This document shows, piece by piece, positions 1 to 13,022 of a stretch of 64,000 nt of DNA. The stretch lies in NCBI GenBank assembly GCA_036867785.1, contig CP145422.1, positions 868,001-932,000 on the forward strand, given 5' to 3'. The notes beneath the pieces were generated by a model, which was not told the DNA's origin, made no database searches, and was given only the letters and a program-made list of their open reading frames with translations. Positions within the stretch are counted from its first letter, which is position 1; every line of letters starts with the position of its first letter. A program made the position numbers and the translations under genes. Origin of the DNA: Plasmodiophora brassicae (taxonomy: Eukaryota).

Positions 1-483
1 GTTTCATACGCGAATTGTGGTTCCCTCGAGGAAAGAGAAGTGTACGCCACAGTACCTCGGGCGGACCACCTGTCAGCAGCGTTAAGCTCGCCAAACTGTA
101 AACGACGATGGGAGCCGCTGACCTGCAAACGGCTTCGAGTAGATGCGATCGGTGCTGATGCGGGAGAACGCCGGTATTGCCCAGACGTTCTCAACGAGTT
201 CGTCGTTCTCCGAAAGCGTTGAATCGGTTGGAGACGGAACAGGTCCGACGAGCTCGCCGTTCTCCAACCGTGGCCTCTTGTGAGGCCCCCCTGACGACCC
301 ATCAGGCAATACTATACAGCGAACGAGGACCAGCAGACCTTGTAGACCATTATCACAAAACGGTCCATCGGTCATAACACCTTCGGATTCGTTGTCCATC
401 CCGACGTCCAGATCGTCGGAATCGGCGTCATCGACAGGCACGGGCGGATACACCGACGCATCGTTCGGGTCGACAAGCCCCAT
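1..483 (-). CDS. MATH-domain protein, 5' part (possibly USP7/UBP15-like); runs off the window
   Basis: Acidic N-terminus, then NVWAIPAFSRISTDRIYSKPFA; a 53-nt GT-AG intron (70-122) joins it to GGPPEVLWRTLLFPRGN, matching the MATH pattern W-x-I-x-x-FS...YS-x-PF...WR-x-x-x-FP-x-GN. Confidence 0.7.
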
Positions 484-1167
484 GCGCACCCCCTCTGCCC
501 ATCGCATCGCAATCAGTGCCCGGCGTCGATAACCCGCCCGATGACCTAGGCCTGGTACCGGATGGCGTGCCGAGACGCCGACGACGACGCGTACGTAGCC
601 CGACGAATACGATCCGCGAAAAATCGTGCACCTACGCACTTGTGCTGGCCGACCGGGATCGCAATCTCACGCAATCCGAACCCCCAAAGCAACAGCGTTG
701 GCAACGAACAACATGAACGCCGATACCAGCACCGCCTCCGGGAGACGCTGGTTCCGTAGGCGGCGCAAGCGCGCGCGCTGGATGTAAGGATTGTACTATG
801 GGCGAATTGCTGATGTGTCGGGTCCACTACCGCAGAATGGGGACGTGATCAGCGTCACACGGGGAGAACTGCAGCCGCGACCGCCCACGACACGCACGTT
901 CCTTCGTGCTGCTGCACTGCAACCCGAGGCACGGGATTTGGCCTGTTTTGCCGGGCAGACCGAGGCCGCCGCGTCTTCGGCAGGACCACCACCAGGTCGG
1001 TTTACCGATACGTTTCGATATGGATTGGGCGGGGGCTCTGGTCAGACGGGATGCGAGGGGGTGGGGGTGCGCGCGTGTGCATGACGCTGCCACACGTTCA
1101 GGTTTGCTTGGTCGCAGGGGGCAAATCGCATGTGGGGCGCGCCATGCATCACGCCCGACGGGGCGGC

Positions 1168-4100
1168 TTACGCCACCGACTTGGCGAGGTTGTCCAGGAG
1201 CGGCTCGACGTCCTCGGCGTTGATGTAGTGTGTCGCGGCGCCGGATTTCGGGCCGACGTTGACAGTGTAGATCTTGCAATCGACGGCGGGCTGGAACGAC
1301 AGGGAGCGCGGGCGGCGACGCAACGATTGCTTCGCGTCGTTGTCGTCTGGAGGCGCCAACGTATCCGGGGCCTTGCTCGTTGACTAAACACACTCTTTTA
1401 AGGCTCGGCGTGTCGTCCATCTGCTCGCGACACGTGTACCTCGGCCTCCTTGGGCGTAGCGCATGCGTTTCGCACGCGAGCCTCAGCGAACCCGTGGAAG
1501 ACGTCGTTGTCCCGGGTGAGGAAATCGCCCATGCAGAAGATCATGCCAACGTCGTTGTGCTCGGCCTGGATCTTGGACAGGATCTTGAACGCCATTGACC
1601 CTTTCGTGACCAGCGACGACCGCACTTGGATGATGTTCTGCAAGTTGATGATCTCGGTGGTCGTGTTCACCAATGGCCCCGCCGCCAGGTAATTCAGGCA
1701 TTCGCGGGCCTGCTTCTTGGCGTGCCTGGCAGGGGGTTTCAGCGACTTCGACGACGACCGAAACGTGCCACATCGTCGTACGCGTGATCCGAGACCGTAA
1801 AGTTCCACGACAGGTACGTCTCGGCCTTGTCCACGAAAGACAGTGGCGTTCGCTCAGCGAAATAGTCAAAGATCCGCTCGACCTCAGGGAACCACGAGAA
1901 ATCCGGCGTGTCCTAGGCAAGCGTTAGCCGTCGACAAGATCACGGCTGTCGTTGTCGACGCCTGTTACCTCAAGGGTCGACTCCCATTTGGCATCAGCGC
2001 CGCGCATGAGGAAGTACCCGTTCTCGGCGGCGATCCATGCGTTCTTCAGTTGGGACGTGCCCAGTACAGTCTTGCAGACGGCGCGCGACTTGGACGTCAG
2101 GATGACGACCGTCGTGCGCGGGTCGGACGCCAGCCGAGAGATGCACCGAATGACACGGTCCGTCAGGAACGGCGTCCGATTGAACCTCGCCTTGGAGTCG
2201 ATGGAGCGACGGTGGTTGTGGGTGGTCAGCGTCCCGACCAGCCCCGTAAAGATCACACGGTGCCCGCTAACAGGGTTCGTTAGCAACGATCGGGAACCTG
2301 ACGTTCATCGTGACCCACCTCGTGTTGGGGAACTCGCGAATAATCTGCCCGATTTCGAACAGCTGTGGCTTGGTCTTGATCGTCGGCGAGTTCACACGCT
2401 GTTGCTCGATGATCTCGATACGGTCGACGATGGCGGAGGCCCAGTGCTGGGCGGTGTGGTCCCTGATGAACTGCATGGCGTATCGCTGGAAGTCGGCCCG
2501 CTCGTCAGGGCTCAGCTCTAGGGCGTACTTGATGGCCTGGGCGGCGTCATCAAAGTCCCACGGGTTCATACGGATCGACCTGATATCGGGGATCAGACCC
2601 TGGAGGTGTTGACCGCGCTTGTGTTAAGTCGTATAGTACCCAGCGCCCAGCGACTCTGCCGAACCGGCGAACTCGCTGAGAACGAGGACGCCAGGGCCTT
2701 CCAGACGGTTCTGACAGGCGATGTACTCGAACGAGACGAGGTTCATGCCGTCACGAAGCGAGGAGATCAGGCAGACGTCCGCGATTGTGTACAACGCGCA
2801 CATCTACATCAGTGTGAGGGCCGTTGCTGAATGCACTGCTTCGACAGAAGTACCTTATCGAAAGGGATCGACTGATCGAGGTAGTAGATCGGGACGTAGG
2901 TCAGCGATCCGAACCGGCCGTTGACACGTCCGACCAGCTCGTGCGTTTGGCGAGCGAGATGCTGGTACTCGGCGACGTCGCTGCGAGACGGGACGGCCAC
3001 CTGGACGAGGACCGCCTTGCCGATCCATTCCGGGTTGCTGACGAAGAACCGCTCCAGGGCGTAGATCTTATGCGGAATGCCCTTGATGTAGTCGAGGCGG
3101 TCGATGCCGACGATGATCTTACATCCTCGGAACTGCTCGCGAAGCTGTTTGACGAACTCCTTCGTCGTTGGCCGCTGCAGTGCCTCCGCGAACCGCTCCG
3201 GTTCGATCCCGATCGGGAACGCTTCCACCTGCGTCAGGAAATCCGAGGTGACGTGCACGCCCAGATGCGAATTGCTCAGACCCAGCACCCTGGTGCAAGT
3301 TGCCTTGAAGTGCCTGTGCCCACAACGGTTAGCGTCGGTTCAGTCGATGTGGAATGCGCGTACCGTTTGTACTCGTAGATGTGGAAGCCGATCAGGTCGC
3401 TGGCGAGGACGCCATGGAGGATTTCTTCGCGTTGTGGAAGCATGCGGAAGATCTCGGCCGCCGGGAATGGAATGTGCAGGAAGAATGCAATCAGCATGTC
3501 GGGCAACGCGTTGCGGAGCATCGACGGGACGAGCATCAGGTGGTAGTCGTGGACCCAAACGATGTCACCTGGTCGATAGATCTACCGGCACCTGGTAAGA
3601 ACAGATGCAACCCCAGATCATTCGGGAAGAGGCACCTTTAGAATTGCGTCCGCGAACAACCTGTTGGCTTGTTCGTAGGCGGCGAACATCTGGGAGCACT
3701 TGTCGAGGTCGGCAATGGGAACGCCGTGGTAATGGAATAGGGGCCACAGGACGTTGTTGGAGTACCCGGAGTAGTACAGGTCGATGAGCGCCTTGGACAG
3801 GTAGACGGGTTCACAGTTCTGCCCGCGAATCTGGTCTGTCACCGCATCACGGTCGCCGTCAGCGACGTCGGCGCCAGGCCACCCGATCCAGGTCATGGAG
3901 AACCCTTTGACGCCGAGCAGAGCGGACACCAGGCCACCCGAGCTTTTCTTGAACGTAAACCCGCCCGGCGCGTCCGGCGATGGCGTCAGCGAAATCGGCA
4001 AGCGGTTGGCGATCACGAGAAGGCGCCGGGATTCGCCGGGTTCTGGCCCGAGCGGAACCTGGCGACCGGTTCAGCAAAGGGACCGCGCGCACCGTTCGTG

Positions 4101-4230
4101 AGGCATCCCGTACCTCCATGCTTGGAATCGAATCCGACGCCATGTCGTCGACGTTGGCATCCGCCAGCTGCCTGCAGAGGCGTTCCGTCGCCGTCGGCTC
4201 AAGGCCCATACCATCCATTGCCTTCGCCAT
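1168..4230 (-). CDS. TPS1: Trehalose-6-phosphate synthase with C-terminal TPP-like domain, multi-exon
   Basis: GT20 motifs [57 protein letters not shown] spread over consecutive minus-strand ORFs separated by short introns; HAD-like C-terminal part (AAENG); ATG at 4230, stop at 1168. Confidence 0.93.
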
Positions 4231-5010
4231 CGTGTGGGATCGCTTACTTGCTAAATGACGACCGTACTATTTCGAATGCGAACTAGAGAAGCGCTTAATC
4301 GACGGGGTTCGCCGAACGCTCCACCGCAGCCGCGTATGCACGCGGTCACACAGCATGGATTAGGGGCGCGAGCCTCCTGCCTCCACGATCACTTGGTCTT
4401 CTCAGCCGTACGCCGTACTTCGTAGTCTACGACGGGCAGCCTACGTCCAGCGACAGCGCTGCGAAGGTACAAGAAGTTTCCAAAGGACGCGATTAGAGGC
4501 GTACCAAATCAACAGTAAGGTAGCAGCTGACGTGGGTGGGTGTCTTCTGCGAACGCCGGTCTGCATGCCAATGCACAAGAGGAACTATACTGCGAGGACC
4601 TTGGGGAATCTCAGGTCTCCGGACGCACGCCAGCAGCTGGGATTTGAGAGCAGGCGGTCCTGCGAGATGGTCCGCACGTCGATGCACAATCCTGTACGAC
4701 TATGCAGTAACCCCTACTACCTGGTTGTTCTGCCACGATCCGCCACGAGATATACACACTTTCTAGAGGCGGTCACCGTCAGAATAAGTACTGAGCACGG
4801 CCAACTTGTTCAGCTGGCGTCCGCAATTCACGAAGACGACTTGTTTCGGCCAGTAAGCTGCGTATAAAAGGTAATCGGAAAAACCGAATGGTTCTTCTGG
4901 AATAATGGAGACTTGCCACTGGGCACGTATATGACTGGAATCGATCTGTTGGTACGCGGGTGCTTGGTTGGCGACGAGTCACAAATGTCGTCGCGGAGGC
5001 ACGCCGATCA

Positions 5011-6644
5011 ATGAATGGGAGGTATGGCCTCCCCTCTGTGCGATCGTCGCCCTCGAAGGCGTCGACGTCGACAACCAGATCGGGCTTGACATCCAGCAAG
5101 GTCCGATCATCAGCGCTGTCCTCTTTACCCTCGTCGTCACCTGTCACTCGTAACGCTGCTGAGCCACGGGCGCTTCCGCGACTCGAAATACCACCATTGC
5201 CTCTTTCGCCACGAAGCCGCCCGTCTCTTGCAAAAGACATCGATTCCTCCCTCAGGCGACTGTCCCTGACGAAACTCGATGACCGCTCCGTGCTCAATCG
5301 CTCATTCGGGTCACTATCGCCTCTGAAGCGTCCTGACAAGACCATCAGCACGCCCGACCTCGTCAAACCAGAACAGGCACCCACACCATTGCAGGCTAAG
5401 CCGGTGGCTCAACCGGATGTGCGCTTCCGATGTCTGGTTGGCCTTGTCAACATGGGCAACACGTGCTTCATGGCGTCACAACTCCAGGTATGAACCCAGG
5501 GTGGGTGCTGGGGCGCGCCTTGATTCGCGAACGGTAGGCGCTTGGGTGCATATCCGAAATTGTCGACTACTTCGCATCGCGACGGTTTGAGAGCGACATT
5601 AACCCGCGTTCCCCGTCCCGGGGCACGCTAGTCGACGCATTCGGATCGCTAATGACCAGGTTCCGCGATGGGCCTGATGGCGCTGTTGTTCGACCGACCG
5701 ATGTCAAGGACGCCATCGGCACCATCTGCACGCGCTTCCGAGGTACAACAACCGAAGAGCAACGCTTACAACAGTGCCCTGACGTGCTGGCAGGGTATGC
5801 CCAGCAGGATAGCCAGGAATTCCTTCGTACACTACTGTCAGGAATGGTCAGAAGCGCGTATTGGGTGGCGGTTGACATGCTCTAAACGTTGTTTATGCAG
5901 CATGACGACCTAAATCGGATCCGGACGAAGCCAGCGTACACTGAGATCACCGAATTGCCGAACGACAGTGATGACGACCTGGCGATGCGTTGGTGGCAGA
6001 ACTATACCGATCGCAACCTAAGCTTCCTGTCGACCTTGTTCTGTGGACAGCTGAAGAGCAGCGTCGTCTGCGGGTCCTGCTCCTACGTCTCAAGGACATT
6101 CGACCCGTTCTGGGACCTATCTTTGCAGATTAAGCGCACTGCAACGCGATCGTGCACGCTTCTGGTGCGAGACTAGAGCCATGTGTAATTTGTCATCCAT
6201 GGTTCTCATCGCCTCGATGTGCAGGACTGTTTCACAGTGTTTACGAAAGATGAGGTGTTCTCCGGGTACTACTGCTCGAAGTGCAAGAAGCACGTCGACG
6301 CGCGGCGCCGGCTGTCGCTCCACCGCCTACCAACCGTCCTGGTCATCCACCTGAAACGATTCGAATATTCGTCATCCTTCCCCACAAAGCTCAACGATAT
6401 CGTCGATTTCCCGTTGCAGGACCTGAGCCTGGAATCGTTCTACTCTGGATCAGGCGCCCCAGCCGTCTACGACCTGGTCGCCGTCAGCAACCATTACGGG
6501 AACATCTCCGGCGGGCACTACACCGCATTCGGCAAGGTCGCACCCAACGCCTGGGCCGAATTCAACGACAGCCGCGCCTCCACCATCACCCTGTCTTCGG
6601 TGAAATCGCCGGCCGCATACGTCCTGTTCTTTAAACGAAGATAG
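5011..6644 (+). CDS. Ubiquitin-specific protease (C19, USP2/8-like), multi-exon
   Basis: Cys box GLVNMGNTCFM, QQDSQEF, zinc CxxC pairs, IHLKRF, His box HYGNISGGHYTAF, FNDS, AYVLFF. Confidence 0.92.
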
Positions 6645-6941
6645 GCAATAGTAGACATCGGATTCCTGACATCGCGTTTTACATTGAAATAACGGAATTA
6701 GACAGGGTGGACCTCTGCGACTTCGACCAACGCAATCGTCGTCTGCGTTGCTCGAGGACACTTAAGTAGTCGACGGGTGCGTGCTTCAGCTGGCACCCAA
6801 CGGTTCGACTCGTGACGCAGTGCCTGACGCATTAGGCATTGAACGACCATCAACCGCAACGACGCGTTGCGCATCGTGGCAGTGACGAGTGTCGCAGCGG
6901 TGGCGTACACGCATTTAACTGCGCGGGGCCGGCGGTCGTCG

Positions 6942-7364
6942 ATGGCGGCAAAGTTCACGAAGACGGTGCTGGAGGCAGGGTCTGGGCCCCTGCCGCAGGC
7001 GAAGCAATTTGTGACGGTCGCTGCTGACCTGTACCTGGCGGAGGGGAACGTCGGCATCTGGAGCACGCACAAGCCGTCCGGGTTCCTGTTCCCTGCCAAC
7101 AAGCCGAACCCCTTCACGTACCAGGCTGGCGTCGGCAGCGTTGTACCAGGGTATGGGGTACCTCTCGTGGATGGACACGACATTGTGTAATGAGTCTATT
7201 GTGGAGACAGCTGGGAAGAAGGCGTGGCGTCCATGCAGGTTGGGGAGAAGGCGCGCTTGCAGATTCCATGGCAATACGCTTACGGCGCTAGTGGCAACCC
7301 TGGGTTCAAGATCCCTCCCAAGGCCGACTTGATCTTTGAAATCACTGTCCTCAGTGTCAAGTGA
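6942..7364 (+). CDS. FKBP-type peptidyl-prolyl isomerase (FKBP12-like), one intron 7151-7210
   Basis: Spliced product ...GVGSVVPGWEEGVASMQVGEKARLQIPWQYAYGASGNPGFKIPPKADLIFEITVLSVK*. Confidence 0.9.
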
Positions 7365-7619
7365 CTCCTTATCGGCAATACAACATGTTGCTAGACGTTC
7401 CATGTCCTTTGAGACGAGTCCTATCCGGCCAGGTGCTGCTGCAGGAAGCCATGTCAGGGGAGCGCTCAGCTTCAGTCTCAAACGCCATCGATTACCAATG
7501 GATCGAACGCCAATAATCGGCTCGTGACGACGGTAACGATTCTGTCTGGGTATTACCATGGAAGCCATGGCGGCAGTAGAAGTTCGAAACGGGCCGACAA
7601 GCTAGCTAGTCGCTATGTG

Positions 7620-8267
7620 GCCCGAGAACATCAGGGGCGGCCAGGCTCGCTGTCTACCTTTGGTGTCATCGGGCGCAAACCAGGATGAACATCGCACCGT
7701 CATCTTGGTCAGGGTCCTCATATCACCCATCGGTTTCGCTGGTAATAAATTTCAACCGGCTGCACGGTGGCCACGCTCGAAGTTAGAGCATCTCCATCGA
7801 TGAGCCGTTTTCGGTACTTCATCGTTATCGTCTTATCTGACGATCCCGCACGCAGACAGTCACACCAACCGGACAAAGAATCTTTATCGTTACGTACTTT
7901 CACGTCCCACACAGATCTAATTCAAATCTGTGACGAATCTGCTGTCTATTGATCGGACGAGACGATGATGGGGCTCGTCGAGGCAAGCGTTGTTGACGGT
8001 TTTCCTAGTTCTGCTCCCCGATTCCTCTGGGCCTGGCGACGTACATCCTCCTCCGGCCGCGGCATCTGCCGTGTCAACACCCGTTCGACGTGGCAAAAGG
8101 GTGAGGACCTTTGCCTTTGGCCGCTCGTTGAGCATTTGACCGCTGAGCAACAAGCCGGCCGTTACGATTTCAGCAATATCGCCATCACTGCTAGATGAGG
8201 ACGAGCCCTCCGACTCCTCGACGTCCGCTTGTCGCCTCCAGACGCCATCTCTATCGTTGCGCTCCAT
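7620..8267 (-). CDS. Hypothetical protein, exon structure and 3' end uncertain
   Basis: ATG-initiated ORF 7917-8267 with an acidic/Ser-rich segment; no recognisable domain. Confidence 0.25.
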
Positions 8268-8489
8268 CTGACGACTGACGGCGCCCTTTTCCCGCGGTGG
8301 TGTCAGACCCCAAAATTATTTACTTTCCCAATCGTCGCATACAGATGTGACGATACCGAGAACGCTGCGCTGTGGAGATGCTCTTAGACACTTGATGTCA
8401 TGCGCCGACTCCCGGGAAAACACCCGACTCGGATAACCAAGTCGGTCTCTTGACCGACTCGAAATAGCAAGTCGGCCTTCGAGGAAGGT

Positions 8490-8885
8490 CGGCTGCAGCC
8501 GACATGGATGCCGCCGGTGTGTCTGAAGCCACCCAGAATCATCGGGGAAACTGGGTAACCTGACACCAAACAGGAACATTACCGCAAAGCCTACTGTCCG
8601 GAGATGGACTACCAGTACCAGGCCCGCTGTGCCCTTGCCGGGCATGGAGTCCCGAAGCCAGGTGACACACGCATCGTGCAGTTCCGCCTCGAGTTCACGA
8701 TGCGTGTGTCACCTGGCTTCGGGACTCCGTGCCCGGCAGGGCACAGCTGGCCTGGTACTGGTAGTCCATCTCCGGACAGTAGTCTTTGAGGTAATGTTTA
8801 TGTTTGGTGTCAGGTTCCGACCAGTTTCCCCGTTGATTCTGGGTGGCTTCAGACACATCGGCGGCATCCAGGTCGGCGACAGCCG
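8490..8885. repeat. Long imperfect inverted repeat (hairpin), ~190-bp arms, 17-nt loop (8679-8695)
   Basis: CCCGAAGCCAGGTGACACACGCATCGTG...CACGATGCGTGTGTCACCTGGCTTCGGG, with continued complementarity outward; weaker pairing extends to ~8400/8965. Confidence 0.92.
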
Positions 8886-9244
8886 GCTTCATTGTGAGGT
8901 GCGACTTCCGGTTGTCTGACGTGGTAACCCGTCGAGATGGTCGCCGACTTCGGGCGCCATGACTCCAACCTTCTTCAGCAGACCCGTTACATATTCCGGT
9001 CACGAGTTTGAAGAAAGGCAGTGTAGAGCTGCGATCTATTTATAGAATAGCGTATCGTTCCCATCAACGTGCTTCCGCCTGCCTGTCCTGGGTGATATTT
9101 TGGAAACTGCGCGCACGGATTTAGCGCGATGACGTGGCAATGGTGACGTCGTCGTGGAGACGGGATCGTCGAAAACCTAATTCTGTTACGGTGTCATTGG
9201 CTCATTGCGCACCGTGAAGAGTCTGCAGACACGGGACAACATAG

Positions 9245-10259
9245 CTGACCCATTCCGATCCAGGGCGCGCTTCATGATGGCCTTTAAGTCACCCTCGCGG
9301 TTGGCCTTGTCGTCCTTGACTCACTGCCGCACATGGTCCCGTAATGGCCACGTCTGGAGTGTATCCACCAACAATCGACCCAGTGTTCGACGCCCACCGG
9401 TCGTGTCGCGTAGATGAAGCCATCCGCATTTCCACTGGATCTCCGTCATGCGATCCAAAATGGACTGCACCTGATCCTTCAGCGTAGGGAGGCTTACGTC
9501 CATCGACAACTCCTTGGCAATCTTCGCTTCGATGTCCTGCGTCGTGAGCCCATGGCTGGCCGGACTCTTGATCTGGCAACCTGGCATTACGTCCCGCCCT
9601 ACGTCTACGGTATCACGTTTACTAGCGGTGGATCGTCGCATCTGTCTTCGCCCGGTCATGGCATCAGAGTCGCAAGGCGCGAACGTCGGCAACGTCAAGA
9701 GCTCGTTCGACATCAGCATTCTCCCGCGCAAGACGAAGCTGGATGCTACGTCGATCTTGAAGTTGAAGGAGCGGTATGACCGGTACTGCCTTGTGGTGAA
9801 TGATCGCGAAGGACAACGATCTGAGCAGCTAGGATCAATCCGCAAGCAGTCCGCTTTTGCTTCACGACGCCACAGCTGACGCCCGTTGCCCTCAATCACC
9901 TCTTCCTTCGCAGTGTCGACATGGTGACTGATGAGGAGCTTGAAGGGTGAATCGCTGGCCAGATCAACGCAGGACATCGAAGTCAAAATTGCCAAGGAGT
10001 TGTCGATGGACGTAAGCCTCCCTACGCTGAAGGATCAGGTGCAATCCATTCCGAATTGGATGAAGGAGATCCAGTGGAAACGTGGATGGCTTCATCTACG
10101 CGATACGACCGGTGGACGTCGAGCACTGGGTCGATTGTTGGTCGATACACTCCAGCCGTGGCCATTACGGGACCATGTGCGGCAGTGGGTCAAGGACGAC
10201 AAGGTCAAACGCGAGGGTGACTTAAAGGCCATCATGAAGCACGCCCTGGAATGGGTCAG
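9245..10259. mobile_element. Degenerate LTR-retrotransposon Gag-like fragment duplicated as an inverted repeat (arms ~9245-9542 and ~9968-10259)
   Basis: Both arms translate to DIE(V/A)KIAKELSMDVSLPTLKDQVQSI...GRLLVDTLQ(P/T)WPLRDHVRQ, resembling gypsy-type Gag of oomycete/protist elements; one arm has a TGA; the inverted duplication is directly visible, the Gag call is from recall. Confidence 0.6.
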
Positions 10260-11644
10260 ATAGCACATTCCCCAGATGCATAATTTTGCAAGCCTCACGT
10301 CAACAGGGCTTAGGCCAGCCGAGCATACTCTTCTCGCGATGTGGATTCTGCGGGATTCGTCAGATTACCTGTCAGGTGAAGTCATTGCCTGCACCAGCTA
10401 TCCAACAACGCATGACGTTCGGTCTTTCGGTCAACGGTGACCTTCTGGATTCGCCTACTGATCTTCTTCGACGCATCGTAACACATGGTTTCAATGTCAC
10501 ATGCGAAGAAATCTCGGCGTAGAACAGGTCGCGCGCCTTGGAAGTACTGTGAAACCTCGCTTAACGACTTCAGGGAGTCCTTGCTGAGGAGATACTCGAC
10601 GAATCCTCCAGTCAGGTTTTCATCAAATTAAAGACATCCTGGCCGGCACCGTCGGTGATGCAGTGTCGCAGTCCATCCTCGTCGCAAAACGCGACCCGGC
10701 CTGCAGGTACCTTCGCAGGTACTCCCATAAGTACTTCATCCCCAGTTCTTCTTGCCTTTGGGACGCTGATCGACATACGCGTCCCGGTGAACGCATTGAC
10801 CTAGCAGTGACATGTTAATGGGTGACGTTATGGGGTGTGGGCAATGGAGAGTACATTTTCCAAGTCGCTTCGGGTTCGCTTCATTGCTCATGGCCGTTCA
10901 GGAGCTATGTCGTCGTGGTGCAGGTGTTGCTGTCGTTTTGTTTGTGAAGCCCTGTTACAGCCCTGTCGCCGTACAGGTGATGCCGTGCCGCCCTGTAACT
11001 GCAATGTCGTCGGGCAGGGGCTGCTCCCTTTTCGGTGATGCTACCGTTACGATCGCCGTTGCATAGGACGTATAACAAAGCTCGGTCGACATTTACAGAT
11101 TCGACATTTACCGAAACACATCTACCGCCAAACTTTGAGCCATCACGAGTGTGCTGGTGGTAGATACGGACAGGAGCAACTACATGTTTGGGGGCTCATG
11201 CTCAATGCCCCCAACAGTGACGCCCCCAGCAGTCGGTATGGCGGCGATCGAGAAATGTATTGGAGCAGCAAAGCGGGCCCCAACCGGCCATATTATTATA
11301 ATTTAAGACGACGTCCTGTAACACAATCTGTCCGCACACATTTCCTCGGCAGAGTCAGTTCATGTCCAATGTGTTCATTCGAAAGCAGCGACGTGCTCCG
11401 TAGCAGAGCGGGACGAGGTCAGACGCTGACGGCAACACCAACGCGCAACGCGCGCGTCCGGCGTGCGCGGCTGGGCTGCAGGCCTCCAGCAACTGCTGGT
11501 CTGGATTTCAGGTCAGTGGTCGTTTGCAATTCGTTATTGCATTGCCAAGGCGTTCGCCTCTCTGCGGGCTGGGCCGGTCACAGGGTTCGGCCGGTGCCCG
11601 CGCCGTCTGTCCCGTGCACGGCTAGCTCACGTCGGCAGCTTGTT

Positions 11645-13022
11645 ATGGCGGTCGCCGATGGGGCAGGCACCGACGAGGGCGTCACCAGACCGACGAAGAA
11701 CGTTGTATGGTTCAAGGGGCAGAACTTCCCAGAAGCACGGGACAACGCAGTTGAATTATCCTGTCGTCCTGCTGATGATGCAGCGCCCGAGCTTCACGAC
11801 GTTAACGTCACCGTCACTGTCCCGGCCAGCTTCACGAAATTCAACCTTCAGGTTACAAGCCACCACTTCGACCCTTCTGTACCTGGGGATTGACTTGCCG
11901 CGTGCAGCCTGTTCACTATGGGCCATCGGTCGTCTACCTCAATGCCCAAGACGACGGTTTCTACAACCAGACCTTGCGGGAACCAACAATCAAGGTGTGG
12001 GTGCTCGGCAAGACCGACGACACGGTCGGGTACGTCCGACGACGTCTATGGGAGGCGTCGTTTTCAAGGAACATCGCACTGAAGTTCGTGGCCACTTACC
12101 GGTTCGATCTGTTCGCTGGTGTCAACGGCCTTGAGGACATGCTGTACGACGGCACCAAGGTTGGGAGCATGCCCGACGTCGTTCTCGTTCGTACCGGTGC
12201 GACCATCGATTACTTTGGGATGGCTGTCCTCCGTCAGATCGAAACGATGGGGATTACCGTTCTGAACGGGTGCCAAAGCATTGAGATCTCGAGGGACAAG
12301 TTGCAGACCATGCAGGTCATGGCCGCTCACGGCCTGCCGATCGCGAAGACCTTGCTGGCGAAATTCCCGATCAACTTTGATGTGGTCGAGGCGCATTTCA
12401 ACTACCCAATCATTGTGAAGAAATCGTCGGGCGCGCAGGGCAAAGGGATCACCCTTGTCAAAGACCACGACAGCCTCGAGGATCTGTGCGACTTGCTGGA
12501 TCCGACCGAACCTCTGATCTTCCAGGAGTTCCTGTCGCACAGCAAAGGCCGGAATCTTCGCGTTCTCGTCGTTGGCGGTCGTGTCATTGCTAGCATGATG
12601 CGCGTTGCAAACAAGGGCTTCAAAGCCAACGACGATGGCAGTAGCGTCCGCGCCGTCAAAGTATCGCCTCAAGTCGAATGGCTTGTGCTGGAGGCTACCC
12701 GCCTAACTGGACTGGACGTCGCCACCATAGACTTACTCATTGACAAAGACACGTACGTGTCTTCGTGAATACTCCATGGTTTGTTTGCTAATTCGTACCG
12801 TCGCTCAGGTACAAGATATGCGATATCAACAGTGCCCCTGGATTCCAGGATCTCGAGTCGGCAACCGGGTTCGACGTCGCGTCGTCCATGCTCAGCTATA
12901 TCAAGATGCGCATGGGGCTGTACCGATTCCCCCATCTGAAGAACTCGGGCAAATCCCATCAACCACTGTCCATCTCTGTCGAGGACGACCACCGGTCGCC
13001 CGTTTCCATTCACCCTACCTGA
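11645..13022 (+). CDS. RimK-like ATP-grasp ligase (introns ~11852-11907 and ~12753-12808)
   Basis: PDVVLVRTGATIDYFGMAVLRQIE, SRDKLQTMQ, GAQGKG, IFQEF, LRVLVVGG, DINSAPG; collinear with RimK. Confidence 0.85.
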
